Positions 23,025 to 33,107 are shown, counted from the first letter of the stretch. The stretch: DNA of 64,000 bases from an uncultured Gemmatimonadales bacterium (GCA_963748815.1 CAVVKJ010000011.1:45598-109597); one strand, 5' to 3'. Notes: generated by a model not told the origin, from the letters alone. Made by a program: numbers and translations.

Positions 23025-23432
23025 GTGCCGTTCCTCAGCACACTCCTGGTCCGGAGCGCCCTCTGCTGGCTCGCCGCCGGCGCCGCGATGGGTGCACTCC
23101 TGCTCTCCGCTAAGGCGGTGCCGATGCCGGCGGCGGTGTTTCGCCTGTTCGCGCTGCACGCCGAGGCGCTGCTGATCGGGTGGATGGTCCAGCTGGCGAT
23201 GGGCGTGGCGTGGTGGATCCTGCCCAAGTATCCCCGCCTGCCGGAACGGGGACCAGCCGCACCAATCTGGGCGGCGTGGCTGCTGTTGAACGGGGGCGTA
23301 CTGCTGGCGGGAATCGGGCGCTCGCTCGGCGCACCGGAGGCGACGGTCCTCGTGGGGCGGCTGGCGGAACTGCTCGCCGCGCTGGCGTTTGCAGCGGCCG
23401 CCTGGCCAAGAGTCAAACCATTTGGTCGGTGA
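23025..23432 (+). CDS. 4-TM membrane protein, paralog of 22606..23023
   Basis: VRSAL..., HAEALLIGWMVQLAMGVAWWILP, ...WPRVKPF. Confidence 0.7.
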   Translation: MPFLSTLLVRSALCWLAAGAAMGALLLSAKAVPMPAAVFRLFALHAEALLIGWMVQLAMGVAWWILPKYPRLPERGPAAPIWAAWLLLNGGVLLAGIGRSLGAPEATVLVGRLAELLAALAFAAAAWPRVKPFGR

Positions 23433-23439
23433 CTTGCCC

Positions 23440-23482
23440 GAGATTGCTTCGTCGGCCCCCGTCGGGGCCTCCTCGCAATGAC
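23440..23482. repeat. Palindromic element between convergent genes
   Basis: GAGATTGCTTCGTC-GGCCCC-CGTC-GGGGCC-TCCTCGCAATGAC; resembles dispersed bacterial palindromic repeats. Confidence 0.45.
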
Positions 23483-23490
23483 AGAGGCTT

Positions 23491-24282
23491 CTAGAAGTCT
23501 TTCCTGCGGAACACCCGGCTCGCCAGCAGCAGCGGTACCGTCGCCTGCACTACCAGCACGCCGAGCACGGTCACCCGACCCAGTGACGTCCCGAAGAACC
23601 GCTCGAAGACCGCCCCGGTGTACCCCATCAGCGCCGCTGTGTCGAACTGCAGGAGCAGGAGCACCCGCCCCAGGTCGATGGGGTTGAGCATGGTGAGCGC
23701 CAGCACCGGCCGCTCGAGTGGGTAGTGGCGGAACATGGTGATCAGCAGGAGCACCACGCCGTCATAGAGCACCGCGCACCCGAGCCAGATCAGGATGGCC
23801 CCGCCGAGTCCCTTGGCGCGGTCGTCGAAGAGAATGGCGAGGAGCACCGCCACGGCGGTAAAGACCAGCGTGAGCAGCACCCCGGCGGTGAGCAGCATCG
23901 CGAGGGGCACGAAGAGCGCCGCCTCCGGCCGGGCGTGGATCAGGAACGGCACCCCCACGCCCGCCAGGAACGCCCCCGCCAGCGGGAGCGCGAGGCCGAG
24001 GTAAAGTCCGGCAAAGAGTGAGCGCCGTCCCACCGGCTGGGCCAGCAGCAGCTCCGTGAACTCGCGGGCGCCGTAGACGTACATGGTGCCGAAGACCACG
24101 CTCACCAGCGGCACCAGCAGCAGCACCACGTTCAGCAGCGAAATCACCACCCGTGCGCCCTCGCCGCCGAACCGGAAGAGGACGTCGGTCAGCAGGAAGA
24201 GGAGCAGGGTGTATACCAGCACGGCGCGGCTCCGCACCACGTTGTGCAGCTCGTACTTGAGGATGCGCATCGTGGTCCTCAT
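23491..24282 (-). CDS. nosY: NosY ABC transporter permease
   Basis: REFTELLLAQP, NPIDLGR, ALMGYTGA; last gene of nos operon. Confidence 0.88.
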   Translation of the reverse strand: MRTTMRILKYELHNVVRSRAVLVYTLLLFLLTDVLFRFGGEGARVVISLLNVVLLLVPLVSVVFGTMYVYGAREFTELLLAQPVGRRSLFAGLYLGLALPLAGAFLAGVGVPFLIHARPEAALFVPLAMLLTAGVLLTLVFTAVAVLLAILFDDRAKGLGGAILIWLGCAVLYDGVVLLLITMFRHYPLERPVLALTMLNPIDLGRVLLLLQFDTAALMGYTGAVFERFFGTSLGRVTVLGVLVVQATVPLLLASRVFRRKDF

Positions 24283-25016
24283 GCGCCCCCCCGCCGCAGC
24301 ATCGCCGCCATCGCCCGCTCGAGCCCGGTTTCGCCGGCCCGCTCCTTGAGCCCCTCGATCGACCCGGCGTACCGCACCCGGCCGTCCACCAGGAACACGA
24401 GGTCCTCCGCCAGCTCCTCCAGCTCCGCCATCAGGTGCGAGCTCAGCACCACCGTGGCGCCGCCGTCGCGCACCCGGCGGATCTTGTCCTTCAGGATGCC
24501 GCTTGCCACCGGGTCGAGTCCCGCCGTCGGCTCGTCGAGGATGATCAGGCTGGGCAGGAAGAGAAACGCGATGGCGGCGTTGAGCTTCTGCCGCGTGCCG
24601 CCCGACAGCACCCGCACCGGCCGGTCGAGCGCCCCCGATTCGCCAAACCATTCCAGGAGTTCCTCGTCGGTGCCCGCGCCCCGCCCCCGGAGGTCGCGCA
24701 GCATCTCCACCACCTCGCGTCCGGTCAGGTTGTCCGGAAAGCTGGGCGCCTGCGGCATGTACCCGACATTGCGTCGGTACGCCCATCCGCCGTCCAGCGC
24801 GGCGCCCGCCAGCACGATGCTTCCCTCGTCGGGGCGCACCAGGCCGAGGAGGCACTTGATGAGGGTGGACTTGCCGGCGCCGTTGGGGCCGACCAGCGCG
24901 GTGATGCGCCCCGGCGCCACCTGGATATCCACGGCATCGAGCGCCGTCAGCCGGCCGAAGCGCTTGCGCAGGCCGCGGAACTCGACGGCGGGCGTGGTCG
25001 ATGCGGCGGCCGTCAT
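24279..25016 (-). CDS. nosF: NosF ABC transporter ATPase
   Basis: GPNGAGKST, LSGG, ILDEPTAGLD, SSH; between nosD and nosY. Confidence 0.9.
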   Translation of the reverse strand: MTAAASTTPAVEFRGLRKRFGRLTALDAVDIQVAPGRITALVGPNGAGKSTLIKCLLGLVRPDEGSIVLAGAALDGGWAYRRNVGYMPQAPSFPDNLTGREVVEMLRDLRGRGAGTDEELLEWFGESGALDRPVRVLSGGTRQKLNAAIAFLFLPSLIILDEPTAGLDPVASGILKDKIRRVRDGGATVVLSSHLMAELEELAEDLVFLVDGRVRYAGSIEGLKERAGETGLERAMAAMLRRGGA

Positions 25017-26257
25017 GCCGGCGCCTCCATCAGCGGGCGTTCATCGATCAGCATGGCGGGGGTCAGGACCGGCATCACCCGTTCCGCCGCGTCGAGCAGG
25101 TCCACGAAGAAACTCCGGAGGAGGATGAGCGCCGGCTCGTGCTGCGCCACCAGGAGGGAAAAGAGCCGCACCGGGTGGTAGGGCACGTCGCCGTAGCCGT
25201 CCCGGTCGAGGTCGTATCCCTCGTAGTGGTCCCAGTAATTCTCGCGGAAGAGGCTCACGTTCCTGCTGCTGTTGGTGGTGACGTCGAAGGAGTTCCGGAG
25301 AAAACTGTTGCCGGCAAAGGTGTTTCCCTCGGCGTTGGCCAGCACCCGCACCGCCCAGCCGTTCGCCTCGAAGGTGTTGCCCATGACCTCGTTGCGGGCG
25401 GAACCCTCCATGTAGAGGCCGACGCTGTTCTGACGGAAGGTGTTGTGCACGAGGCGGCTGTCCCGGATCTCCTTGAGGAGCAGCCCGTACGAGGCCGGCC
25501 CCCAGTTGTCGGCAAATGTGTTCCCTTCCATGACCATCTGCCTGGTGTACATCACCGCGACGCCGGCGCCGTTCCGCTCGAACCGGTTGCGGCGGTACTC
25601 GCACTCGTGCGAGAACATGAAGTGCAGGCCGTACCGCAGGTTGCCGACGCTCTCGTTGTCGAGCACCCGGGCGCGTTCCACGAACTCCAGGTAGATCCCG
25701 TCGCGATGCCCCGTCACCCGGTTGCCGTCGATGGTCACGTCGGTGGAGTGGAAGAGATGGATGGCGTTGCCCGCGGTCATCTCGATCTCGGCGGCCCCCT
25801 GTACCACGTTGCGGGAGATCCGGCACCCGCGGCTTCGCGAGAGGTAGATCGCAAAGAAGGTGCCTTCCAGCCGGCTGTCCTCGAGAACGCAGTTGGCGAC
25901 GCTGTCGAAGAGGATGGCGGCGCGATCCTCGATGAAGCTCGACTCTCCCCCGCGCACCGTGAGGCCCCGCAGGGTCACGTCGTCTGCCGAGACCACGAAG
26001 ACCTGATGATCGGCACCCAGGAAGACCGCGCCCGGCTCCCCGACGATGGTCACCGGCACCGCGACGCGGATGACCGGCTCCGCGTAGCTCCCCGCCCTGA
26101 CGGTGATGCGTCCGCCGGGGCTCACGAGCGTGAGTGCCTCGGTGACGGTCCGCACTGGGCCGGCGGGATCGACGACCACGAGTGATTGGGCGGTGGCCAC
26201 CGTTGGCGCGGTGAGGAGGAGCCCGGCGGCGAGGCCGGCGCGAAGGATTCGCATCAT
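25013..26257 (-). CDS. nosD: NosD maturation protein
   Basis: Beta-helix repeats, GHRDGIY, RYGLHFMFS, NYWDHYEGYDLDRDGYGDVPY. Confidence 0.95.
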   Translation of the reverse strand: MMRILRAGLAAGLLLTAPTVATAQSLVVVDPAGPVRTVTEALTLVSPGGRITVRAGSYAEPVIRVAVPVTIVGEPGAVFLGADHQVFVVSADDVTLRGLTVRGGESSFIEDRAAILFDSVANCVLEDSRLEGTFFAIYLSRSRGCRISRNVVQGAAEIEMTAGNAIHLFHSTDVTIDGNRVTGHRDGIYLEFVERARVLDNESVGNLRYGLHFMFSHECEYRRNRFERNGAGVAVMYTRQMVMEGNTFADNWGPASYGLLLKEIRDSRLVHNTFRQNSVGLYMEGSARNEVMGNTFEANGWAVRVLANAEGNTFAGNSFLRNSFDVTTNSSRNVSLFRENYWDHYEGYDLDRDGYGDVPYHPVRLFSLLVAQHEPALILLRSFFVDLLDAAERVMPVLTPAMLIDERPLMEAPA

Positions 26258-26269
26258 GGGGAGGGAAAA

Positions 26270-26726
26270 CTACGCCGGATCGCGAGCTTCGGCGAGGATC
26301 TGCGACCAGTCCAGGAGCGTCCCGCCCAGCGCGGCCTGCAGGCTGTCCCCGGCCGAGCGCGGCACCGCGAGGAGATTGCTGGACATCGGCGTTCGGATCG
26401 AGTCGGTCCGGAGGAAGATCGCGTCCTGGGCGGGAATGAGCGTCCCCGGCAGGCGGAAGTCGGTGACCCAGGCCGAATGCACCTGCGCCGGCTCCACCGA
26501 CCCGCCCGCGGTGAAGGTGGCGAGGCATCCGGCGTCATCGAACGCGAAGACCTTGCCGGTGCGGGTGACGAGTTCCGCGGCAAACCGCTGGTCCACGATC
26601 GTCATGTGGCAGTGCGTCGCAGGCCGCCTCCCCGAAGGCGATCGGGGTCGGCCCGGGGCTGCCGCACGCCAGCGCGGCCGCACCCAGGAGCGCGGCCGCG
26701 TGGCGTCGACGGAGCGTCCGGCTCAC
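26270..26726 (-). CDS. nosL: NosL copper chaperone lipoprotein, frameshift near 26618
   Basis: Lipobox ALAC, ACD/HCHMTIVD, FDDAGCL, RTPMSS. Confidence 0.88.
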
Positions 26727-27310
26727 GCGGGCACGACGACCGGCGTTCGCCAGGCCCGGATGGCCAGCACCGCCACCAGCGTGACCGCGGCGATCAGGAC
26801 CCAACCGCCCGCGGCGGGCCAGCTGGTCGCGTGAAAGTTCAGCAGTTGCTTGCTCCCGATGAGTGGGGGCTGATAGGTCATGCCCGGAATCTTGAGGATG
26901 GCGTCCGGACTCAGGTTGTGGCCGTAATCGTACGACCACTTGTAGAAATCCGCGAGTCCCGCCAGCGAAAAGAGCAGCAGCACCGCCGCGTAGGCCATCA
27001 GGAGCCCCCGCTTGCCCAACACCGCAACCAGCAGCCCCAGCACAATCAGCCCTGCGACGATCTTGGGCATGTACTGCAGTTCGGGGATGTCGTCCGGCGA
27101 GATGACCTTCATCCCGATGTAGTGGTTGAGGCCGTTGATGCTGTTGAGGTCCTGCGGCTGCTGCCCAGTAATCTTGTCAACGGCGATGTAGAGCCCCAGC
27201 CCCTCCGGATATTGCGGGGCCTCCAGCCCGATTTGCCAAAGCGGCTGGACGTACACGATGGCCATGGAGAGGGCGGCGAGCGCGACGAGGATGCGGGTGA
27301 TGCGGGACAT
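26723..27310 (-). CDS. nosB: NosB clade II membrane protein
   Basis: PLWQIGLEAPQYPEGL, NGLNHYIGM, DYGHNL, YQPPLIGSKQLLNF. Confidence 0.88.
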   Translation of the reverse strand: MSRITRILVALAALSMAIVYVQPLWQIGLEAPQYPEGLGLYIAVDKITGQQPQDLNSINGLNHYIGMKVISPDDIPELQYMPKIVAGLIVLGLLVAVLGKRGLLMAYAAVLLLFSLAGLADFYKWSYDYGHNLSPDAILKIPGMTYQPPLIGSKQLLNFHATSWPAAGGWVLIAAVTLVAVLAIRAWRTPVVVPA

Positions 27311-27374
27311 GGCAAGAACCTCGGTGGACGGTACGGGAGGGGAACCGTTCCCCTCCCGCCCGCCGGTGAGCTGT

Positions 27375-29342
27375 CTACTTGGTCGGCTTGTTGGCCCACA
27401 TCGCGACATCGCTGCCGCGCGGAGACACCCGCACCCATCCCGACATCTCCTGGTGGAGCGCGGAGCAGAAGTCGGTGCAGTAGTACGGGAACACGCCGAC
27501 CTTCTGGGGCACCCAGACGATCGTGCGGGTCTCGCCCGGCATGACCAGGAGTTCGGAGTTGTTCAGGCCGGTGATGGCGAAGCCGTGCGGCACATCCCAG
27601 TCCTGCTCGAGGTTGGTGATGTGGAAGTACACCGAGTCGCCCACCTGCACGCCCTCGATGTTGTCGGGCATGAAGTGGCTGCGGATGCTCGTCATCTTGA
27701 CGTGCACCACGCGCCCGTTCCGGGTGACCCCGGTGGCCGCCTCGCTGAGCGCCGCGTACGGATCCTTGTTCTGGGCCAGGTCGTAGGTGCGGATCTGCTT
27801 GCCTGGTCAGCATCGTGGCCGGAATGATCTGCGCATAGTGCGGCTCGCCCGATGGTCGGGAAGTCGAGCAGCAGCTGCATCTTCTCGCCGGAGATGTCGT
27901 AGAGCTGCGCCGACTGCGTCAGCTCCGGCCCGGTCGGGAGGTAGCGGTCCTTGGTGATCTTGTTCAGCGCGACCACGTACTTGCCCCACGGCTTGCGGGT
28001 GTCGCCGCCGGGGATCGAGAGGTGGCCGATCGAGTAGTAGGTCGGGACCTTGTCGATCACCTTGAAGTCGGTGAGCGACCACTTGGTGATTTCCGACGTC
28101 AGGAACATCGAGGTGTAGGCGTTGCCCTGGCCGTCGAACTCGGTGTGGAGCGGGCCGAGACCCGGGTCGGCCACTTCGCCGGCCACGATGGCTTCGTACT
28201 TCAGCACCGGCATGCCCTCGACCTCACCCTCGAAGGCCTTGTCCTCGATGGCCTTGATCATCTTCGAGAACGAGTGCACCGGGATCACCGACGCCAGCTT
28301 GCCGCCGCCGACGATCAGTTCGCCCGACGGGTCGACGTCGACGCCGTGCGGCGACTTCGGGGTCGGGAGGTAGTACACCACGCCGGGGCAGTCCTTCGCG
28401 TCCAGGAAGTTGGTGGAGGTCTTCCATTCCGTCGTGGCGACGTTGGTCTCGTGGTTCAGCACGTTGTGGGCGTAGCGCGCCGGCACCTGCTTCGCCTTGC
28501 CCGCCGCCACGCACTGCTCGGCCACCGTCCAGTGGACGGCGGCGATGTAGTCCTTGTCGCGCTGCGAGGCGTTCACCTCGAGGAGGGTGTTGGCCTGCTC
28601 GACGTTGTACGAGGTGAAGAACGACCACTCCGCCGACGGGCCCTTGCCCGAGTGCGACAGGTCGTAGTTGTAGCCCGGCATCAGGATCTGGAAGGCGATG
28701 CTCATGTGCCCCGTGGCGCTGTCCACCTTGATGAAGGTGAGGAGGCCGCGGAAGTTCTCCTTGTAGGAGGCGATCGGCACGTCCGCCTGCGGGGTCGGCA
28801 CGCTGAAGCGCGTGGCCGCCACCGAGTACTCGGTGTTCTGGGTCACGAACGGCGAGGCGTGGTTGCCGGCCGAGTGCGGAATCTCGATGATCTCGGTCGG
28901 TCACGAAGTCGGTCAGGTCGATCCGCGCCACGCGCGGGGTGTTGTTGCCGTTGATGAAGATCCAGCGGCCGTCGGGCACGCCGTCGGTCATCGAGAGCTC
29001 GGGATGGTGCGAGTCGTCCCACGGAATGAAGCCGTAGGAGGTGTTCAGCATCGCCTTGGTCTCTTCGCTGTAGCCGTAGGCGTTCTCCGGGTTCTGCGAG
29101 AAGACCGGGAGCACCTTGAGGAGCCGTCCGGACGGGAGGCCGTAGACGCCGAGCTGGCCGCTGAAGCCGCCCGAGGTGAACATGTAGAACTCGTCGTACT
29201 GGCCGGGTGCCACGTACACCCGCTGCGCCGCGTCGGTCGCACCTGCGGCGGGGGCGTTGCCCGAACCGCAGCCGGCCAGCGTCAGCACGGCAACGGCGGC
29301 GCCCAGCATCATGTGGGACCGGACTCTCGAACTGCGCGACAT
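27375..29342 (-). CDS. nosZ: Sec-dependent (clade II) nitrous-oxide reductase, frameshifts near 28897, 27850, 27805
   Basis: Lipobox LAGC, no Tat motif; CuZ His motifs DDSHH, GNH, SPHG, GPLH, IGH, EPH; CuA PHG...CTDFCSALHQEM. Confidence 0.96.
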
Positions 29343-29382
29343 GGTCACTCCTCCTGGAACGGTGGGGCCCGGGTGGGCCGTG

Positions 29383-29871
29383 TTACTGCGCAGGGGGTGG
29401 GGCCGTGGTGGTTCGCAGGTACTCCACCACCTCGCGGGCCTCGTCCTGCGTCAGGCCCTGGTTCGGCATCTGGGTCATGTACTCCCCGAGGAGCTTCTTC
29501 ACGACCGGGTGCCGGGTGTACATCTCCTGGGGATTCAGGATCATGTTCATCGCGAACGCCGGCGTCACCTTGTCGAGGATGCCGCCGAGGGGCGGTCCGA
29601 CATAGCGTTCCCCGAGCTTGTGGCAGGCGGTGCACTTCGCCTCGAAGACCTTCTGGCCCTCGGCCGCCTCATCCTTGTCCACGGGACCGAGGGTGATCGC
29701 CTCGGTGACGGGTCCGATGCCGTTCTCGAGCTGGAAGGGAGTGAGGTCGCTGGCGGCTGCGGCCGGCGCGCCGCCCGCCGCGGGTGGCGGTGCCTTCTCC
29801 CCACCGCCGCAGGCCGCGAGTGCGACGAGGGAGGCGGTGACGAGGGAATGAATTGCGCGCGGTCCCGACAT
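29383..29871 (-). CDS. Monoheme cytochrome c lipoprotein (nos-associated)
   Basis: Lipobox LAAC, CTACH, distal Met in TQMPNQ. Confidence 0.92.
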   Translation of the reverse strand: MSGPRAIHSLVTASLVALAACGGGEKAPPPAAGGAPAAAASDLTPFQLENGIGPVTEAITLGPVDKDEAAEGQKVFEAKCTACHKLGERYVGPPLGGILDKVTPAFAMNMILNPQEMYTRHPVVKKLLGEYMTQMPNQGLTQDEAREVVEYLRTTTAPPPAQ

Positions 29872-29943
29872 GGTGCACTCCGGTCAGATATTGTGAACTC
29901 CCCTTCACGGCGGGGAGGGTGGTGGCGTCATCAACGCTTGTTA

Positions 29944-29967
29944 AATTATCATAGCAATATGATAATT
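29944..29967. promoter_or_regulatory. Perfect inverted repeat in nos/Rrf2 divergent promoter
   Basis: AATTATCATA-GCAA-TATGATAATT within an AT-rich island. Confidence 0.7.
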
Positions 29968-30015
29968 ATAACTATTAATCGTGAAGCCGTCTTCACACTT
30001 TCCTAATGGTCGGCG

Positions 30016-30435
30016 ATGCTCTCTCAAACGGCTGAATACGCGCTCCGCACGGTGCTCTATCTTGCTGCCAGGCAAGGAGATGGGCTGCTCCGAGTGAGCG
30101 AAATTGCCGAGGACCTGGGGATTCCCCAGAATTACCTCTCGAAGACCCTGCATCTGCTGGCGAGGGCGGGGGTCCTTCATTCAAGCCGGGGGAAGAACGG
30201 CGGATTCCGGCTCGCGAAGCCGGCATCAGAACTCTCGCTCGCCGAGGTCGTCGCGCCGTTCAACGGGCCGAGCGGGGAGCGCATCTGCCTGCTGGGACGA
30301 GTCGCGTGCAGCGACAGCGATCCCTGCCCCGCCCACGTAAAATGGAAATCTGTGTCCGGCCAGGTCTCGACCTTCTTCCGGGAGACGAAAGTCAGCGATC
30401 TGGAGGAGAGTCCGGTGGCGAGGGTGGGGCGGTAA
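30016..30435 (+). CDS. Rrf2 family regulator with Fe-S ligands
   Basis: SQTAEYALR, YLSKTL, SSRGKNGGF, C-x6-C-x5-C-x2-H. Confidence 0.93.
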   Translation: MLSQTAEYALRTVLYLAARQGDGLLRVSEIAEDLGIPQNYLSKTLHLLARAGVLHSSRGKNGGFRLAKPASELSLAEVVAPFNGPSGERICLLGRVACSDSDPCPAHVKWKSVSGQVSTFFRETKVSDLEESPVARVGR

Positions 30436-30740
30436 GCGGGGCAGCGGGGCAGCGGGGCAGCGGGGCGACGAACGGCCGTCAAGCGCAAGCCGGAGCCATG
30501 CAACCACTGCACCCTGCTCGTCCGGCACGTTGGGTTGGAGTTCGCTTCAATAGGGGTGGGCATATGCCCACCCCGGTGGGTCCGCCCGCGCACGGCGATG
30601 CATGGGCGCATCGGATGCCGGCGCGTATCGGAACACGAACATGGACCCCGGCTTTCGCCGGGGTGACGATCAGGTGATCACCTTCGCGCCTCGCACATTG
30701 GCGTGAGCCAACCTGGACCCCGGCTTTCGCCGGGGTGACG
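30436..30740 (+). repeat. Composite intergenic repeat element, copy B
   Basis: (GCGGGGCA)x4, same core and palindrome (30553-30574), REP-like hairpins 30642-30668 and 30714-30740. Confidence 0.85.
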
Positions 30741-30787
30741 ATCCCAATCAGCCACGGCTAGCAGGCTGGCCTCGTTACATTCCATCC

Positions 30788-31257
30788 ATGCCCGATCCCG
30801 CAACCGAATCCGCAGCGCCTGGGGCACGCTCTCCCCGCTCCCCGGCGGCACCTGGCTCTTCAGCCGCCTCCTCGGCTGGTTGGTGCCCTACACCGGCACC
30901 GTCGGCGCGCATGTCCGCGAGCTCCGCGCGGGATACGCCCGTGTCACCCTCCGCGACCGCCGCAGGGTCCGCAACCACCTCCGCTCCATCCACGCCGTCG
31001 CCCTCGTCAACCTCGGCGAGGTGACCAGCGGGCTGGCGATGATCACCGGACTGCCCACCGGCATCCGGAGCATCGTCACCCGCCTCGAGATCACCTACCT
31101 CAAGAAGGCGCGCGGCACGCTGACCGCCGAGGCGACGGTGACCATTCCCGACGTGAAAGAATCGATCGACTACGTGGTGACGGCCGACATCCGCGACGCC
31201 GCCGGCGACGCCGTCGCACAGATCGCCGTGACCTGGCGGCTCAGCCCGACTGATTAG
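30788..31257 (+). CDS. Hotdog-fold thioesterase (DUF4442/PaaI-like), frameshift near 30806
   Basis: [37 protein letters not shown]. Confidence 0.85.
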
Positions 31258-31419
31258 ACGTCACCGCGCCAGAACAATACGCGGGAAACACGGAAGAAGT
31301 GGAAGGGCGGAAGCAACTGCCATGGGAATGAGATCACATTCAAGCGGTTTTTCCGTGTTTCCGGCTTTCTTCCGCGCTTCCCTCGTCTTCTGGACCAGCA
31401 ATGGGAAGGGTGTGAGACA

Positions 31420-32391
31420 GTGACCAGCACCGCGTTCACGAAACACGCCGGCGTCGAGGTGCCGCTCATCTGCGGCGCCATGTACCCCTGCAGCAATCCC
31501 GAGCTCGTCGCGGCGGTGTCCGATGCCGGCGGCCTCGGCATCGTGCAGCCGATTTCGCTCACCTATGTCCATGGCCACGAGTTTCGCGAAGGGCTCCGCC
31601 TCATCAAGCGGCTGACCAGCAAACCGATCGGCATGAACGCGCTCATCGAGGCGTCCTCGAAGACCTATCACCAGCGGATGGTGAACTGGGTGGATGTGGC
31701 GCTCGAAGAAGGGGTCCGCTTCTTCGTGACCTCCCTCGGCAACCCGAAGTGGGTGGTCGAGAAGGCGCACGCCGTCGGCGGCATCGTGTACCACGACGTG
31801 ACCGAACGAAAGTGGGCCGACAAGGGACTCGCCGCCGGCGTGGACGGACTGATTGCGGTGAACCGCCGGGCGGGCGGCCACGCCGGCCCCAAGGGGGTCG
31901 AGGAACTGTGGGAGGAACTGGGCGGGCTCGGCGTCCCGCTCATCTGTGCCGGGGGAGTGGGTGACGAATCGCACTTCGTCGAGGCGCTCCGCATCGGCTA
32001 CGCCGGCGTCCAGATGGGGACCCGCTTCATCGCCACGCCGGAGTGCAAGGCGAGCGAGGTGTACAAGCAGGCCATCGTGAACGCACACGCCGACGACATC
32101 GTGCTCAGCGAGCGGATCACCGGCGTGCCGGTGGCGGTCATCAACACCCCGTACATCCAGAAGATGGGGCTCCACGCCGGTGCCTTCGCCAAGTGGATGC
32201 TCCGCGGCCGGAAGCGGAAGCACTGGATGCGGACCTTCTACGCCCTCAAGTCGCTCTTCCAGCTCAAGCGCGCCTCGCTCGACGAGTCGGGGAGCAAGGA
32301 CTTCTGGCAGGCCGGGAAGAGCGTGGACGGCATCACCGCCATCGAACCGGCAGGAAGCATCGTCAAGAGGTTCGCCGCGGCGGCCCCATGA
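31420..32391 (+). CDS. Nitronate monooxygenase / FabK-like flavoenzyme
   Basis: LVAAVSDAGGLG, AGGHAG, LICAGGV, VQMGTRFIAT. Confidence 0.9.
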   Translation: MTSTAFTKHAGVEVPLICGAMYPCSNPELVAAVSDAGGLGIVQPISLTYVHGHEFREGLRLIKRLTSKPIGMNALIEASSKTYHQRMVNWVDVALEEGVRFFVTSLGNPKWVVEKAHAVGGIVYHDVTERKWADKGLAAGVDGLIAVNRRAGGHAGPKGVEELWEELGGLGVPLICAGGVGDESHFVEALRIGYAGVQMGTRFIATPECKASEVYKQAIVNAHADDIVLSERITGVPVAVINTPYIQKMGLHAGAFAKWMLRGRKRKHWMRTFYALKSLFQLKRASLDESGSKDFWQAGKSVDGITAIEPAGSIVKRFAAAAP

Positions 32392-33107
32392 ACATCCTGG
32401 TGGATCCCGCCGCCTTCCCCCTCGTGGCGCACCGCGGTGCCTCCGCCGAGGCACCCGAAAACACCATGGCCGCCTTCGAGCGTGCGGCCGCCCTGCATGT
32501 GGATGCCTTCGAGTTCGACGTCCGCCTCACCGCCGACCACCAGGTGGTGGTGCACCACGATCCCACACTCAACCGCACCACCGACCTGACGGGCCCGCTC
32601 ATTGCGCGGACTCTTGCGGAGCTCCAGGGCCGCACCAACGTGCCCACCCTCGATGCCGTCCTCGGCGCCTTCCCCTCGATGCCGATGCTCATCGAGCTCA
32701 AGGAAATCGCGGGACAGGAGCGGGTCCGTGACGTGATCCTCCGGCACGACGCCGCCGGCCGCTGCGTCGTCGCCTCCGAACACCACGACGCGCTGGCGTG
32801 CTTCCGGGACGGCCGCTTCCTGGTCGGAGCCAGCCGGAAGGACATCCTCCGCCTCCTGGTCGGCGCCGCCACCGGCACCCGCCCGAAGACCGTCGGCTAC
32901 CACGCCCTCTCGGTCCCCGACCGCCATCACTTCCTCCCCGTGGCCACCCGCCGTTTCATTGCCGACGCCCACCGCCTCGGCTGCCCCGTCCATATATGGA
33001 CGGTGGATGATCCCGCCGAAGCCGCCGAGCTCCGCGCCCGTGGAGCCAATGGCATCCTGACCAACGATCCGGCCCGGCTGGCGAAGTTCGGGACCCAAAG
33101 CGCGTAA
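32388..33107 (+). CDS. Glycerophosphodiester phosphodiesterase
   Basis: AHRGASAEAPENT, EFDV, HHD, WTVD, GILTN. Confidence 0.92.
   Translation: MNILVDPAAFPLVAHRGASAEAPENTMAAFERAAALHVDAFEFDVRLTADHQVVVHHDPTLNRTTDLTGPLIARTLAELQGRTNVPTLDAVLGAFPSMPMLIELKEIAGQERVRDVILRHDAAGRCVVASEHHDALACFRDGRFLVGASRKDILRLLVGAATGTRPKTVGYHALSVPDRHHFLPVATRRFIADAHRLGCPVHIWTVDDPAEAAELRARGANGILTNDPARLAKFGTQSA

Noticed and set aside
27375..29342. nosZ as a pseudogene or programmed frameshift
   Set aside because: All metal ligands are retained, there are no slippery motifs, and similar indels occur throughout the window
29938..29952. FNR/DNR box upstream of nos
   Set aside because: TTGTTAAATTATCAT does not fit TTGAT-N4-ATCAA in sequence or spacing
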